This document shows positions 24,929 to 35,596 of a DNA stretch of 36,544 nt, one piece after another. Made by a program: the position numbers and the translations under genes. The first letter of the stretch is position 1, and each line of letters begins with the position of its first letter. This DNA comes from Thelocarpon superellum (lineage: Eukaryota). The notes beneath the pieces are model-generated. The model was not told the origin of the DNA, did no database searches, and was given only the letters and a program-made list of their open reading frames with translations. The stretch spans positions 1 through 36,544 of the forward strand of contig JAPEUG010000150.1 of NCBI GenBank assembly GCA_026025795.1. The letters are read 5' to 3'.

Positions 24929-25446
24929 CGTTCGTCAGATGGACGATGATTGATGACTAATAGAAGTTGGGAATACGTACCGAGGTCATGCTTCCAATTA
25001 ACAGAAGGCAACCCCTCGTCAGCGTCGTCACCAGCGACATGAAACGGGACCGCCAACGTCGGCCCTACATCTAGTCCTGCAGCTGTAGCGCTCATGACAA
25101 GGCCCACACATTGAATCATTTCTTCTGCTTACCTGCCAGTTGAGGAATCGCAGCGCGAGTAAGTAGTAAACCTGCGCACTCAAGCTACCGTTCGAGGCCA
25201 AGCGGGTACCAGGGCAGCTTCAGGACTAAGCCGCACGAAGCGTAGCCCCCGCACTGCCCATCGCTCGCCCGAATTGGTAAAGTCAATGTGGAAGCTGCAG
25301 AACGATGAGTCGCCGCTGTACAATACTTGCAGTCGTGACTCAGTCTACAAATCTTGAGTAGTAGGAGTGCGAAAGACCGAACATCTCCTCGTACAAGTTC
25401 AGACGGGACAGCTCCCGCAGCCCATCCTTCCTCAGCGGTGCAACAA

Positions 25447-26102
25447 ATGGCGACACCGACGCAGGATGTTTTGACCCGGGTGTCCACGGACGGTGAGTCG
25501 CCCCCGCCCCGCACCAATCCACCCCCCTCTTTCCCTCTTTCCCTCCCTCCGGCCCTCCATCCCCCCCAGAAACTAACGCAAAGCTCACGGTGCCACCGCC
25601 AGCGACGGCCAAATTCATCGAAACGTACTACGCGGCGCTCCAGAACGCACGCTCAAGCCTGGCGAGCTTCTACGTACCCACCTCCTCCATGCCCGACGGC
25701 AAATCCCTCCCCAGCATCACCTTCAACGGCAATGTGCTGCCCGACGCCACAGCGCTCCAATCGCTCTTTGAGCGCCAGATGCCCAGCGCGCACTACGAGG
25801 TCCAGTGCTACGACTGCCACGTGCTCAACGCGAACTACCCGCGTGCGGTGGACGCGCCAGCAGCAGCGACAACGGCGGCGGCGGCGGCGGGGAAGAACAT
25901 CAGCATTCTCGTCTCGACGAATGGATACGTGCGCTTTGGAGAGGCGAGGGATGGCAAGATGCGTGGTTTCAGTGAGAGTGTCGTCCTCGTGCCTAATGAG
26001 GAGGCGCAGTTGGTCCAGGGTGCGCGGTACCAGGTGCGGTCGCACGCAGGGGCGAGGAGGGATTGGGTCATTCAGAGCCAGAACTTTCGCTTGGTCGTTT
26101 GA
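25447..26102 (+). CDS. NXT1: NTF2-related export protein (Nxt1/p15-like)
   Basis: Exon 1 25447-25492 (MATPTQDVLTRVSTD), intron 25493-25602, exon 2 ATAKFIETYYAALQNARSSLASFY...HYEVQCYDCHVLN...RGFSESVVLVPN...WVIQSQNFRLVV*. Confidence 0.85.
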
Positions 26103-26707
26103 CTCTCGTGGGTCCGTGTCGGATTGAAGTTAGAGGAGCCGGATGATCTGGATGATTGGATCTCGGTGGCGCTTGGGCCGGCGGGGTTTGGGATGCCGAT
26201 TTGGATGGATGGACGGATGATTCGCGTGAGTGGATTCCCCCCCTCATGCTCATCCCACCCGTTCCTCTAATGGCCATGTCTGACGCCACTTCACACAGCA
26301 GGTTGGTGCGAGACAGATCAGTGAGGATATCGTGACATCCTTCGTATCCTACCTATCCTATCCTATCCAACCACCTCTCATTGTACTATCATATATAGAT
26401 ATTAGAATGGTCGTTTCATCTTCGACCATGATACCACACGTCAGTCTAGGACCTCTTTTACGGGCTCCGACACTGGGGCTTGGGAAGGGCGGGGGCGGGG
26501 ATATGTGGAGGGGGTATTGGGGCAGCAAGAAGGGTTGTGTGGGTGGATCAAAAACTAGATACAATTTCGGAAGGCGATCGTGCAGTGAAGTCTGGGGATG
26601 GTGCCTTGGATGCATTATTGAAAGCAGAGATTACACCCCAAAAACAACGGGGAGGGGGAGGCTGGAACGGGAATAAGTGGGGAAGAGAGGAGAGAGAAAG
26701 ACGGAGA

Positions 26708-26746
26708 GGCGGAAAGGCGGAAAGGCGGAAAGGCGGAAAGGCGGAA
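26708..26746 (+). repeat. Octamer microsatellite (GGCGGAAA)x4-5 between the convergent NXT1 and ammonium transporter genes
   Basis: Read directly from the sequence. Confidence 0.9.
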
Positions 26747-27032
26747 CCTAATAAGGCTGATTGACGAGGGCCCGATTAACGCTTGATCAACTTGTCCAGC
26801 CGTCCCCATCATCATCCTCCTCTGGCTCCCTCTCGTCAATCTTGTCGTCCTGTCGTTCCGTGCCATGTCGATCCAATCGTCGTCGCTTCAGGGTATCCCG
26901 ACCAAGGTCATTCCAAAATCCTCACCGAAGACCAGCCCGCCAGCGAATCGGAGCGGGAAACATGTCGAGGGCAACAAATACCAAAAGCAGCAAGGACGGC
27001 AGCAACAGCAGCGATTGGCGTGCCGGCGCCGA

Positions 27033-28511
27033 TCAATGCGCTTCGGTAGAGATGGGATCCTTGCCCTCCATGACGGCGCCGGTGCTCTCGCCGTTGCCCT
27101 CACCGTTGAGCGGGTTCTGTCCATGGATGGTGCCGAGCTCGCCGTCGCCGTGATGCGGCGCATGGGTCTGGTCGCCATACAAGAAGGTACGCTCGCCCTC
27201 GCCGTAGAAGGCGTAGGCCTCCTCGCCGTGCACGGCGTCGTCACCGATCAGGAGCATCTCGTCGGACATGCGCAGCGGCACGCGCAGCACGTACTTGATG
27301 AAGAGCATAATGACCGACGTGATGAAAATGTTGAAGCCGATGATGAAGAGCGCGCCCACAATCTGCACCCACACCTGGCGCCCGTTGCCCTCGATGGCGC
27401 CGCCGGGGTTGGTGATGCCAAAGGCCGCGCAGCCCTCGACCGTGGCGAGGATACCCGTGGCAAAGCCACCGAGGAACCCGGCGACCATGTGCGTGTGGAA
27501 GACGCCGAGCGTGTCGTCGACGTAGAGCATGAAGTTCATCTTGCCCAGCAAGTTCATCGACACCCATGGGATGGAGCCCGAGAGGATGCCGAGGGCGATG
27601 GCGCCCCAGCCAGCAATCACACCCGCCGCCGGGGTGATGGCCACCAGACCCGTGATCATGCCCTGCACCGCGCCAATCACCGCTGGCTTCTTGTAGTAGA
27701 GCACATCGCACGCCGTCCAGGTCAGCAGGCTAACCGCCGTGCAGACGTTGGTGTTGAGCACGGCCACGCCGGCATCCAGATTGGCGGAGTATGGGTCACC
27801 ACCGTTGAAGCCGTTCCACCCGATCCAGAGGATACCCGCGCCAACCAGCATGAGCAGCACGTTGTTGGGCTGGAAGTTCTCGCGGTCCTTGGCCAGGCGC
27901 GGCCCGATCCAGTAGGCCCCGACGAAGCCCGCCGTGCCGGAGGAGAGATGGATGACGTATCCACCCGAGTAGTCGATCACGCCCAGCTGGAAGAGGAAAC
28001 CACCCGCCCAGATGCTGAAGGCGCCGACGGTGTAGGAGAAGGTGATCCAGAGCGGCACGAAGATCATCCACGCCGTGAAGCTCATGCGGCCCAAGAAGGC
28101 ACCCGCCATGATGATGACCGTGATGGCGGCGAAGACGAACTGGAAGTACATCATCGTCGCCATGCCGTATGCCGGGTGCGCCCCCGAGGCCGGGAGGAAG
28201 GCCTGGTCGAGGAGGAAGTCGATCGTGACCGCCGGCCCGGGCCGGCCGATAAAGGGCGCAGAGTTCCACTGCTCGCCGAAGCCCATCTTGTAGGCCCACA
28301 GCATCCATACCAGCAGCGTGGCGGCGAAGGCGTAAAAGGCCATGAAGGCCGAATTGATGGCCCATTTCTTCTTGACGATTCCCGCGTACAGCACCATGAG
28401 ACCGGGCACGCTCTGCAGCGCCACCAAACTGGCTGCGGTCAACTGCCAGGCATTGTCACCGGTCGTAGCATTGACGAAGCTCGAATCGGGCGTATCCGGG
28501 ATGGTCGCCAT
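27033..28511 (-). CDS. Ammonium transporter (Amt/Mep/Rh), plant AMT2-like MEP-alpha type, intronless, 492 aa
   Basis: First in-frame ATG at 28511 (the ORF-track start 28634 is TTG). [21 protein letters not shown]...[58 protein letters not shown]; twin-His and Phe-gate region intact. Confidence 0.96.
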   Translation of the reverse strand: MATIPDTPDSSFVNATTGDNAWQLTAASLVALQSVPGLMVLYAGIVKKKWAINSAFMAFYAFAATLLVWMLWAYKMGFGEQWNSAPFIGRPGPAVTIDFLLDQAFLPASGAHPAYGMATMMYFQFVFAAITVIIMAGAFLGRMSFTAWMIFVPLWITFSYTVGAFSIWAGGFLFQLGVIDYSGGYVIHLSSGTAGFVGAYWIGPRLAKDRENFQPNNVLLMLVGAGILWIGWNGFNGGDPYSANLDAGVAVLNTNVCTAVSLLTWTACDVLYYKKPAVIGAVQGMITGLVAITPAAGVIAGWGAIALGILSGSIPWVSMNLLGKMNFMLYVDDTLGVFHTHMVAGFLGGFATGILATVEGCAAFGITNPGGAIEGNGRQVWVQIVGALFIIGFNIFITSVIMLFIKYVLRVPLRMSDEMLLIGDDAVHGEEAYAFYGEGERTFLYGDQTHAPHHGDGELGTIHGQNPLNGEGNGESTGAVMEGKDPISTEAH

Positions 28512-28988
28512 GACGAATGCGTCGTAAAGGACAGCGGGGCGTCGTGCGCAGACCTCGTCGTCGTCCTGCTCGAGGCAGATGGAAGCTCGTGCACGAGGCC
28601 AGAGAGGGAGAACGCGTGCGGGGACAAAGGGCAAGGAGACGGCTGGGACGTGTCGAGGTCTGAGACAAGCTCTTCGACGAGAGGGGGGGAGCTCGAGGTA
28701 GATACATACCCGCGGCCACGGCGACGCCCAGGCTTAGGCCCAGGTTCCACATCCGAACCGGCCCGACAATGGAAAAACACGCCAGCTCCACGCACCGATG
28801 CTGTGGCCCAACGTCGCCTCGAGATGCTCGTGTGGGCGCCTTCGGCGTGGAGCATCCGTGACTCGACGGCGGCGGCGCGCCGTGGTCGTGGCGCCGTTTG
28901 CAAGCATGTGCCCGCGTGGGATGGGGTTACTGGGGGACCCTGGTCGATCCCTTAGGACGTGGGTAGGACACGAATGAGAGGTCGGCGA

Positions 28989-29446
28989 CTTATCAGTGCC
29001 CTAAGTCCAGCGAAGCCCCGAAGCCCCAGCGGAAAGCAGACAGCGTCGAGTGGGCGACGGAGGCGGGACCAGCCCGGATCCCAGACCCGCCGGAGCTTGA
29101 CCGAAGCACGCGCGACCGAGTTCTGGCCGGGGTCGGCCGGAGAGCCGCGATATGGCTTTTTTTTCTCCGTCATCATCCACAGCCTTATCTCCCACGTCGA
29201 TCGGCCACTCACAGCGCCCGCAGCCGCCGAACCTCAATTCTGGCCCCCCGGGCGTGGCATGGGCGATGCGTAGGTTCGGGAGATCCTTATCAGAGTTCGC
29301 GCTACGCCCTGGACCGCCACTCACGAGCGCGCAACCGGTCGACCCCCAGCTCGGGCGGGCCAGGGTCAAGGGGCGTGGCAGCCTATGGGCAGGCATCATC
29401 CTCGCTGCCATTTGTCAATGCCCGCCACGCCCTCCTGATCCTTATC
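28989..29446 (-). promoter_or_regulatory. Cluster of four GATAAG sites, putative AreA/NIT2 nitrogen-regulation elements
   Basis: CTTATC on the plus strand at 28989, 29184, 29286 and 29441, all oriented with the ammonium transporter gene, about 480-940 nt upstream of its ATG. Confidence 0.7.
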
Positions 29447-32150
29447 GTGACGAAGCGATGAATGGGAGGTAGCGAAAATCTGGGGGGCCCCGTTCCCCCC
29501 CCTTCGCCTATGCCGGCAGAGTCGCTTTGGGCAGACGAGAGTTTCCTGCAGCGCAGCAACAAGCCACTAGGCATGCACTTTCCGACCGCCCAGAGCTACC
29601 CTGGTCGTCCCCAGGAAAGAGCTCTGCTGCGTCTGGGAGCTGGCCGCTGGCCGCCGGACGCCGGGTGTCCCAGGAAAAAAAGCATGTACATATGCCGCGA
29701 AATCAACCCAGGGTAGACACGCCGCACGCATAGGGATCGCTGAGCGGCCGATCGTCGGGCCCGTGCGCTGCCTGGACCTGCGGGACCGTCTGGCGAGGCC
29801 GATTCTCGGCGGCCCGGCGGCGAAAGCTCATTTGCCCATTGGCTCACTTGCGCGTTTGCGACTGTGCGCGAGCACGCACCAACCACCATCACCCACCACT
29901 TTTTCCCAGGTGGGCGTAAAGGGATGGTTTGCATATTTCATCGGGATGATGGTGGGCCCACCTCACTCGACGACTAGCGATCCGCCCCACCGGTCAGCTT
30001 GGATGAGACGTCCCATTGCGTCTCGGTGCCAGTGGCGCCAGACCCGACCCGGAATTAGTGGAGCCGCAGCAATCATCGTCGCGTCATCTGCTCGACTGCA
30101 CGAAAGGCACCGTACCTGGCATCCCCTCTGGGGCAGGGCCCGGGTGTTAGTTGTGCCTCCCAAGATCTGGCCGATCGAGGATGGCCACCACGGAGGCCCT
30201 TGACCAGTGCGACCGCTGCGCATTCCGGGATCCCGCAGTTCGCCGCAGGATCAACGGGCGCTTCATGCTCCCTCGAGCTCCCGCGCCAGCGACGGCGCAG
30301 GGAACAGGGCGCCAGAGAGATCCGTGCTGTCGCTTATCCCACGTCGACCACTACGACCACCAGAACCACGTCCACTACTGGCGCCATGGTCTACTGCACG
30401 ACGGCGACCAAAAGGACGCGGCCGGCAGCCGAGCGGAGTGGTGGTGGCGCGGGTGTCTCTGCATCGGCCGTCGTGTTCGTATCAGACGTCTAGATTGAGC
30501 AACAAGCGAACGCTCGGGCCCGAGGTGATTGGGGCATTTCCCCGACACGCGCCGCAATGAGGTGCATCGGGACCGGAATGCTGAGCTGGCCCGGACAGCC
30601 ATTCCCTTGACCCCTTGGCCCCATTACTGCACCCCCTCCCCCAACCTCTGCCAGAACTTTACGAGTAAGAGGACCCCAGCCGCAGTGTTTGTTCAGACAT
30701 GGAGCCCGCATAAGGGTCACGTGTGGCGTCCGGCCGCCCGGCTCGTGCAGCAAGCCCAGGCCAAGCTCGCCGCCAGCTCTGGTAAGCTCTGGTAAGCTCG
30801 CCCCTTCGGCAGTAGTGACTGCAACGTCTGCAGCCAGCTGGTGTGCACCCTCTCGGGTAGCGAGCGCTGGAGAGTACCAAGTAAGACACGCACAGGTCCA
30901 TCCCGAGCCGGCACCAACATGATCGGCGGCCGTCGACGTAGGGTGCGTGCTGCCTGGCGCCTCCGCTTGGTACGCGTACTGTGACTTGGAGCGCACTGGA
31001 TCGCTGCTGCTGCTGCTCTAATTTCTATCAAGTAACGTCGTAGTCGTTATCATCCTCGCCCGACCCTTCCTCTCCATCCATCTAGTCGGCGGGATGTCCT
31101 GATTTCTCGGCTGCGAAGGCGTGGGGTCCCAGCTAGACGAGTGTTGGAGCGCATGGGCAGCTCGGGGCAGGTCATGGTGCCAATGCTTGGCAGCTCTCGG
31201 CCAGATGTCTCTCCCTCACTTTGTGCTGTGCTCGCCGCTCCTTCCGGTCCTGTGTGACGCCGGCGGCGGGAGTGTACCGACAGCACCTCGTGTGATGCCA
31301 TGTTTTACCCGCACCTGGGTTTACCTAATCCTGGGCCTTGTTCGGAAGTGGCACATCACATCTCGCCCTCCGCTCCGCGCTCCGCATGTGCATGGAACAC
31401 GTGATCGATCGGACCCTCGAGGCGCTTGTCCTGCCGCTGCGGTGACCGCCGTCGCGCAGAGCAGGACACTAACGGCCAGCGTTCCGTAGCGCCTTCGTGC
31501 ATCGCTCCACCAGGGTCCTGACGAGGAGGGGAAATGAGGAGAGCCAGATGGCGGGAACTTACTGCAATCTGCACGAAATTGACAACGCTGTGTCGGGAAA
31601 GTCTTTCCTAGTTTGCCCCGTCCTCGTCCTGGTACTGGCTCGTGGAGAGGTGAGCGTGGAATGGTGGGTGGAATGGTAGCGCACCATAGGGCCATCGAAG
31701 AATTAAGCTCGTGGGGGCATGAAGCGCCGCCTATGGAAGAACCCAGCTGAGCGACGGGGGGAGACCGGGGTAGCCCGAAGATGGCTTTCCCAACCCCATC
31801 CTTGGCCAAGAACCAGTAGCATGGGAAGAGTCAACATCGACCACCACGATGCTCTCTTACCATATCGCACGTCACTAAGGCGGAAAATTCTGTCACAATG
31901 TGCAGCTGAAAACGCGACGCAGACGTGGGTCGGCGTGGGAGGAGAGGTCTCCGGCCTGTTCGCATTTCTCTTCGGGCCAATGAACATCAAGTACAAGGCC
32001 CCTTCACGCGGTACGCGGCTGCGTGCAGCCTCATCGTTTCATCGACCCCGCATCCAAGCCGGTTCAGCAAACACGTCCCCCCATCATCGGTCATCTGTGC
32101 CCATTGCCAATGCAGCCCTTGCCCTTTCTTCACCCCCTCATATCCCCCTC

Positions 32151-32564
32151 TCATGCCACTCGCTTCCCTTTCCGATTCTTCTTGGGCACGTCACTGATCG
32201 ACAGGCCTGGGTGAAAAGTTTGTCAGTGGGACATGCTTGGCATCACAACACGTCCTGGCCTAGCACCAGTCCGTCATCCGGGGCACCCGTACCAGGAGGC
32301 AGACTCTGCTTCAGCTTCTCCGCCTTATCCGTGTCCTTCAGAACCAGGGTGTAGAGCAGTCGGTGGCATCGTACTTTGAATTTGATCTGCGAGCTCTTCG
32401 GGTTCTTCTTGATCCGTGCCGCTGTCGGGAGGTAAAGGCGTCAGTTCAGAGCATTTCTATCTGGTCGCACGCGTAACGATGCAACAATGTGATCACGTAC
32501 AAGACGCATCTTTCCGCCGGCAGATCTCAATGAATTGCTTGATGTCGGAGACTTCGGACGGCAT
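32151..32564 (-). CDS. RPL38: 60S ribosomal protein L38 (eL38)
   Basis: Exons 32564-32501, 32421-32293, 32206-32151 give [82 protein letters not shown]. Absent from the ORF track. Confidence 0.97.
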
Positions 32565-32887
32565 CTTGACGACCTGACTTGGGTGAGGTCGGGCAAGGTA
32601 GATTGTTGAACAATGTGAGTGCGTGCGAGACCGGGTTCGATATTATTTTCGAGCCATTTGGTTGTGCGTTAGAGATTGGCGAGCACGTGATTCTTCAGCC
32701 ACGGTGGCGGTTGCCGTGGCGGTGCTTGAATCGACTCACGCTCCTCTCCACAACCGCATCACTACTCAGCTCCGCACGTTGAAGAGTATCCGGCCAGACT
32801 ATTAGCAAAAGGCAGCTCGAGAGCCTCGAGCTTGAGGCGTGCTCCGCCTCGCAGCCGTACCGTGAAGTCTTATATTTCTCCTGCGCA

Positions 32888-33389
32888 ATGCCTACGCCAC
32901 TGGACCGTGCACTGCAGTCAAAAGTACGTCATCGCACAGACCAATATCTCCATCCACGGAACTAATCTTGCATCAGAACGCCTTCTTTGGTGCGCCAGTG
33001 TCTGTGAGAGTCAGGAGGCGTGTCACTAATAAGGTCACCTGCTGCAGTCTTCACAGGCGTCATCACGGCTGTTGCCGCATGGACTATCTGGGGCCCGAGT
33101 GATCTCTTCCCCGCCGAGGCCGATCCCACTGGGGGTACCTGATCATGCTCCAGAAACTTTGTTCGAGCCGGAAACTGACGAGACTGGCGTAGATCCTGGC
33201 CAATGGACGGATGATGAGCTCCGTCAATGGCTAGATATTGTGAGTTATACTCGATCTTTACCTTGATATTGAGGATTAACCAAAGCAATGATGGTCTAAT
33301 AGCGGGGTCTCTTTCCAAACTCCAAGTCTTCCCGGGACGAACTGGTGGATCGTGTCCGTACCAACCTTCGTTTATCTCCCAAGTCATGA
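32888..33389 (+). CDS. Small conserved fungal membrane protein (89 aa) with one TM helix and an Ish1/HeH-like repeat
   Basis: Five exons (32888-32923, 32977-32989, 33048-33134, 33193-33239, 33303-33389), all GT-AG and in phase: MPTPLDRALQSKNAFFVFTGVITAVAAWTIWGPSDLFPAEADPTGDPGQWTDDELRQWLDIRGLFPNSKSSRDELVDRVRTNLRLSPKS*. Confidence 0.85.
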
Positions 33390-33636
33390 TAACTTGGCGA
33401 CCTCATAATGGATTTTTGATACGCCGTGAGGATCAGGACGGACCCGGTGCTTAATGGAACTCAATTTTCGGATTCTGCGTTAAAATTAAGTAGCCTTGGA
33501 CGGGCAACACTCGCTCATCTATCCGTACACCATATGATAATGAATAAAATGTACAGAACAGCTGCGCTAGCCGTGAGGACGCAGGGTTTCCAACCGCTAC
33601 CCTATTTTCCAGATGATTGTCAATGGAAATGTTTGG

Positions 33637-35103
33637 TCATGAGAGAGTATCGTCGTCGGGGGGAGGAACAACTGATGGTGGTGGAGATGAAGAGAGTGGC
33701 GGAAGTGACGATGATGGTGGCGGGGGCGATGATGATGGAGGTGGTGGTGAGGATGATGGTGATTGTGGTGACGACGACAGGGGGGGAGGTGTTGATGAGG
33801 TGGGTGGTGGGGATGATGGCGACTGCGGTGATCGCTCTGGCACCGATACTAGCCTCGAGTCGGAGGGATGTGGTAGTCGACGTCGTCGGTTTGACTCGAG
33901 AGCAGCTGGAGCTCCTTCATCTACGTCGACCTCATCGAGACCTGGCGGGGGAGTAGTAGCCTGTGATGTGTCAGCATGTAGACACGCCGTGGCGGTGGCC
34001 AGCGGGTATGGCCTCACATCGGCTGAATCTTCAGCGGTCAGGCCGCGTTGAAGTGCCAGGTGCTTTGCAGCCTCTCGCCGCCGCTCAAGCTCGACTTCTT
34101 CTTCCCGTCGCAAGCGATCCTCTTCCTTGTCGAGGTCGGCAAGGGAGGGCGCATGAGTCAGGCCGACATCAACATGTCGGGTGGAAGGCTCAACCAGGTC
34201 AGAGCTCGGCTGGCTCTGATGACTGGAGGTGCGAGTGGCCTTGGAAGAGGCTGTTCGCGCTGAGCTGTGGGAGCCCGTGGACCGCTTCCCTCGCGTCTTC
34301 CGGCTACTGTTCTCATCAGTGGTGGACCTAGCCGCTCGCCGCTCGAGCACCATGGCAAACTCATCGTCGAGCGGGACGGCATCGTCTTCGTCTTCGCTGG
34401 GGAAGAGATCGCCACGAGACGACAAGGAGTCTGTGGTACCCCCTGAGCCAGTGGTGTCGCTGCGTGCGCGCGTGCCGTTCGTCCGAGCTTTGGCATTGCC
34501 ATCGGCGCTCTCCGCAAGGAGCGGCTCTTCTTCGACTTCCTCCGAACGATGGACGCCCGGTCGTGGTTGGAGATCGGCAGCCGAGGGTTTGTATTTGAGG
34601 CCTTTGCCCCCGATCTTCCATGGCAGGCGCTCGACAAACGTCCATAGGGCCGATGCGTGCGGCAGCGTCGCGTCCGCGCGGCCGTCGGAGGGTCCTAGCT
34701 TCGGTCGCCGTTGGGCTGGCAGGTTTCCGTCCTGGGCCCCGTAGCTCATGACGCGCTCGCCGGCCGGCGGATCGCCCGAGCCCACAAGCAATCGATTCAA
34801 CTCATCATTGTCCCAACCTAGAAGGGCATCGCGTGCGCCGTCGTCATCGTCCCAATCATCGTAGAAATCGAAGCCGTATTCCGCCCGTCCTCGTCGGCGC
34901 CCTCGGTTGCGCCGCAGACGTTCGTCGCGGTTGGGGAAGCATGGGCCGGTGCATGATTCGATGCAGCTGCCCACGGACGAAACGCACGGGCCGAGGTAGT
35001 TCTGGATGAAGATGAAGAGACTGGCCTGAGCGGTTTCATTCACTGACTCGAGATTCTCGGAGATCTGATTCAGGGTCTGGCGAACGCGGGGATCGGTGCG
35101 CAT
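33637..35103 (-). CDS. Conserved fungal hypothetical protein, largely disordered, with Pro/Ser-rich tail
   Basis: First in-frame ATG at 35103 (ORF-track start 35223 is TTG). Conserved-looking blocks 'FDFYDDWDDD', 'GKGLKYKPSAADLQ', 'SLSSRGDLFPSEDEDDAVPLDDEF', 'AAKHLALQRGL'. Probable in-frame 57-nt intron at 34017-33961. Confidence 0.75.
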   Translation of the reverse strand: MRTDPRVRQTLNQISENLESVNETAQASLFIFIQNYLGPCVSSVGSCIESCTGPCFPNRDERLRRNRGRRRGRAEYGFDFYDDWDDDDGARDALLGWDNDELNRLLVGSGDPPAGERVMSYGAQDGNLPAQRRPKLGPSDGRADATLPHASALWTFVERLPWKIGGKGLKYKPSAADLQPRPGVHRSEEVEEEPLLAESADGNAKARTNGTRARSDTTGSGGTTDSLSSRGDLFPSEDEDDAVPLDDEFAMVLERRAARSTTDENSSRKTRGKRSTGSHSSARTASSKATRTSSHQSQPSSDLVEPSTRHVDVGLTHAPSLADLDKEEDRLRREEEVELERRREAAKHLALQRGLTAEDSADVRPYPLATATACLHADTSQATTPPPGLDEVDVDEGAPAALESNRRRRLPHPSDSRLVSVPERSPQSPSSPPPTSSTPPPLSSSPQSPSSSPPPPSSSPPPPSSSLPPLSSSPPPSVVPPPDDDTLS

Positions 35104-35596
35104 CGTCAACCGAACTCGGTCGGCCCGCCACGGAGATCCCGGGGGGCTCGACGGATCAAGCTTCGATAGCGGGTCGGGGACCGAGTCGGCGCTCACATGG
35201 AGACGTCTCTCGGCGTGAGGCAACGGGCGTGGTCGGGGGTTCGAGGACGTCCCGGTCGCGGTCGTTCAGCCACTGACGTTTGACAATCGCGGCCGAAACC
35301 ATTGCGACGGCGTAACAGCTCGGCAGCCGTACTACGGGTAACTGACTGGCCTGGCATTCTCTGTGGGACCCTGCCTCTCCGTCAGAGACACTCGCCTATT
35401 CCTCATAAGGTAGCTTAAGCGAACATTTCGCGCACGATGAGAGGGTCCTTGAACGGCAAACTCGCCTAGAGCACGACAGTATTCTGTCGGATTGTGAGTG
35501 CACAGCTAATGGTCGCCGCGACCTTTATTCTGCAGATATGTTGTGAATTCCGCCTTCGCATCTACTTGCTCTATATCCCCGGATATGTGCAGGCCC

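Noticed and set aside
26100..26270. Possible stop readthrough of NXT1 (TGA CTC) to a cryptic peroxisomal isoform
   Set aside because: The context is not the TGA CTA readthrough motif and the extension ends ...HPFL, which is not a PTS1.
26865..28955. 696-aa plus-strand ORF antisense to the ammonium transporter
   Set aside because: Shadow ORF expected from strongly GC3-biased codons on the opposite strand; the translation has no recognisable domain.
30151..30498. His/Cys-rich short ORF in the long intergenic region
   Set aside because: The His pattern arises from a degenerate ACC/ACG/ACT trinucleotide run; no splice or homology support.
32207..32292. Possible box C/D snoRNA in RPL38 intron 2
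   Set aside because: Box C is poor, the CTGA coincides with the branch site, and no rRNA guide was identified.
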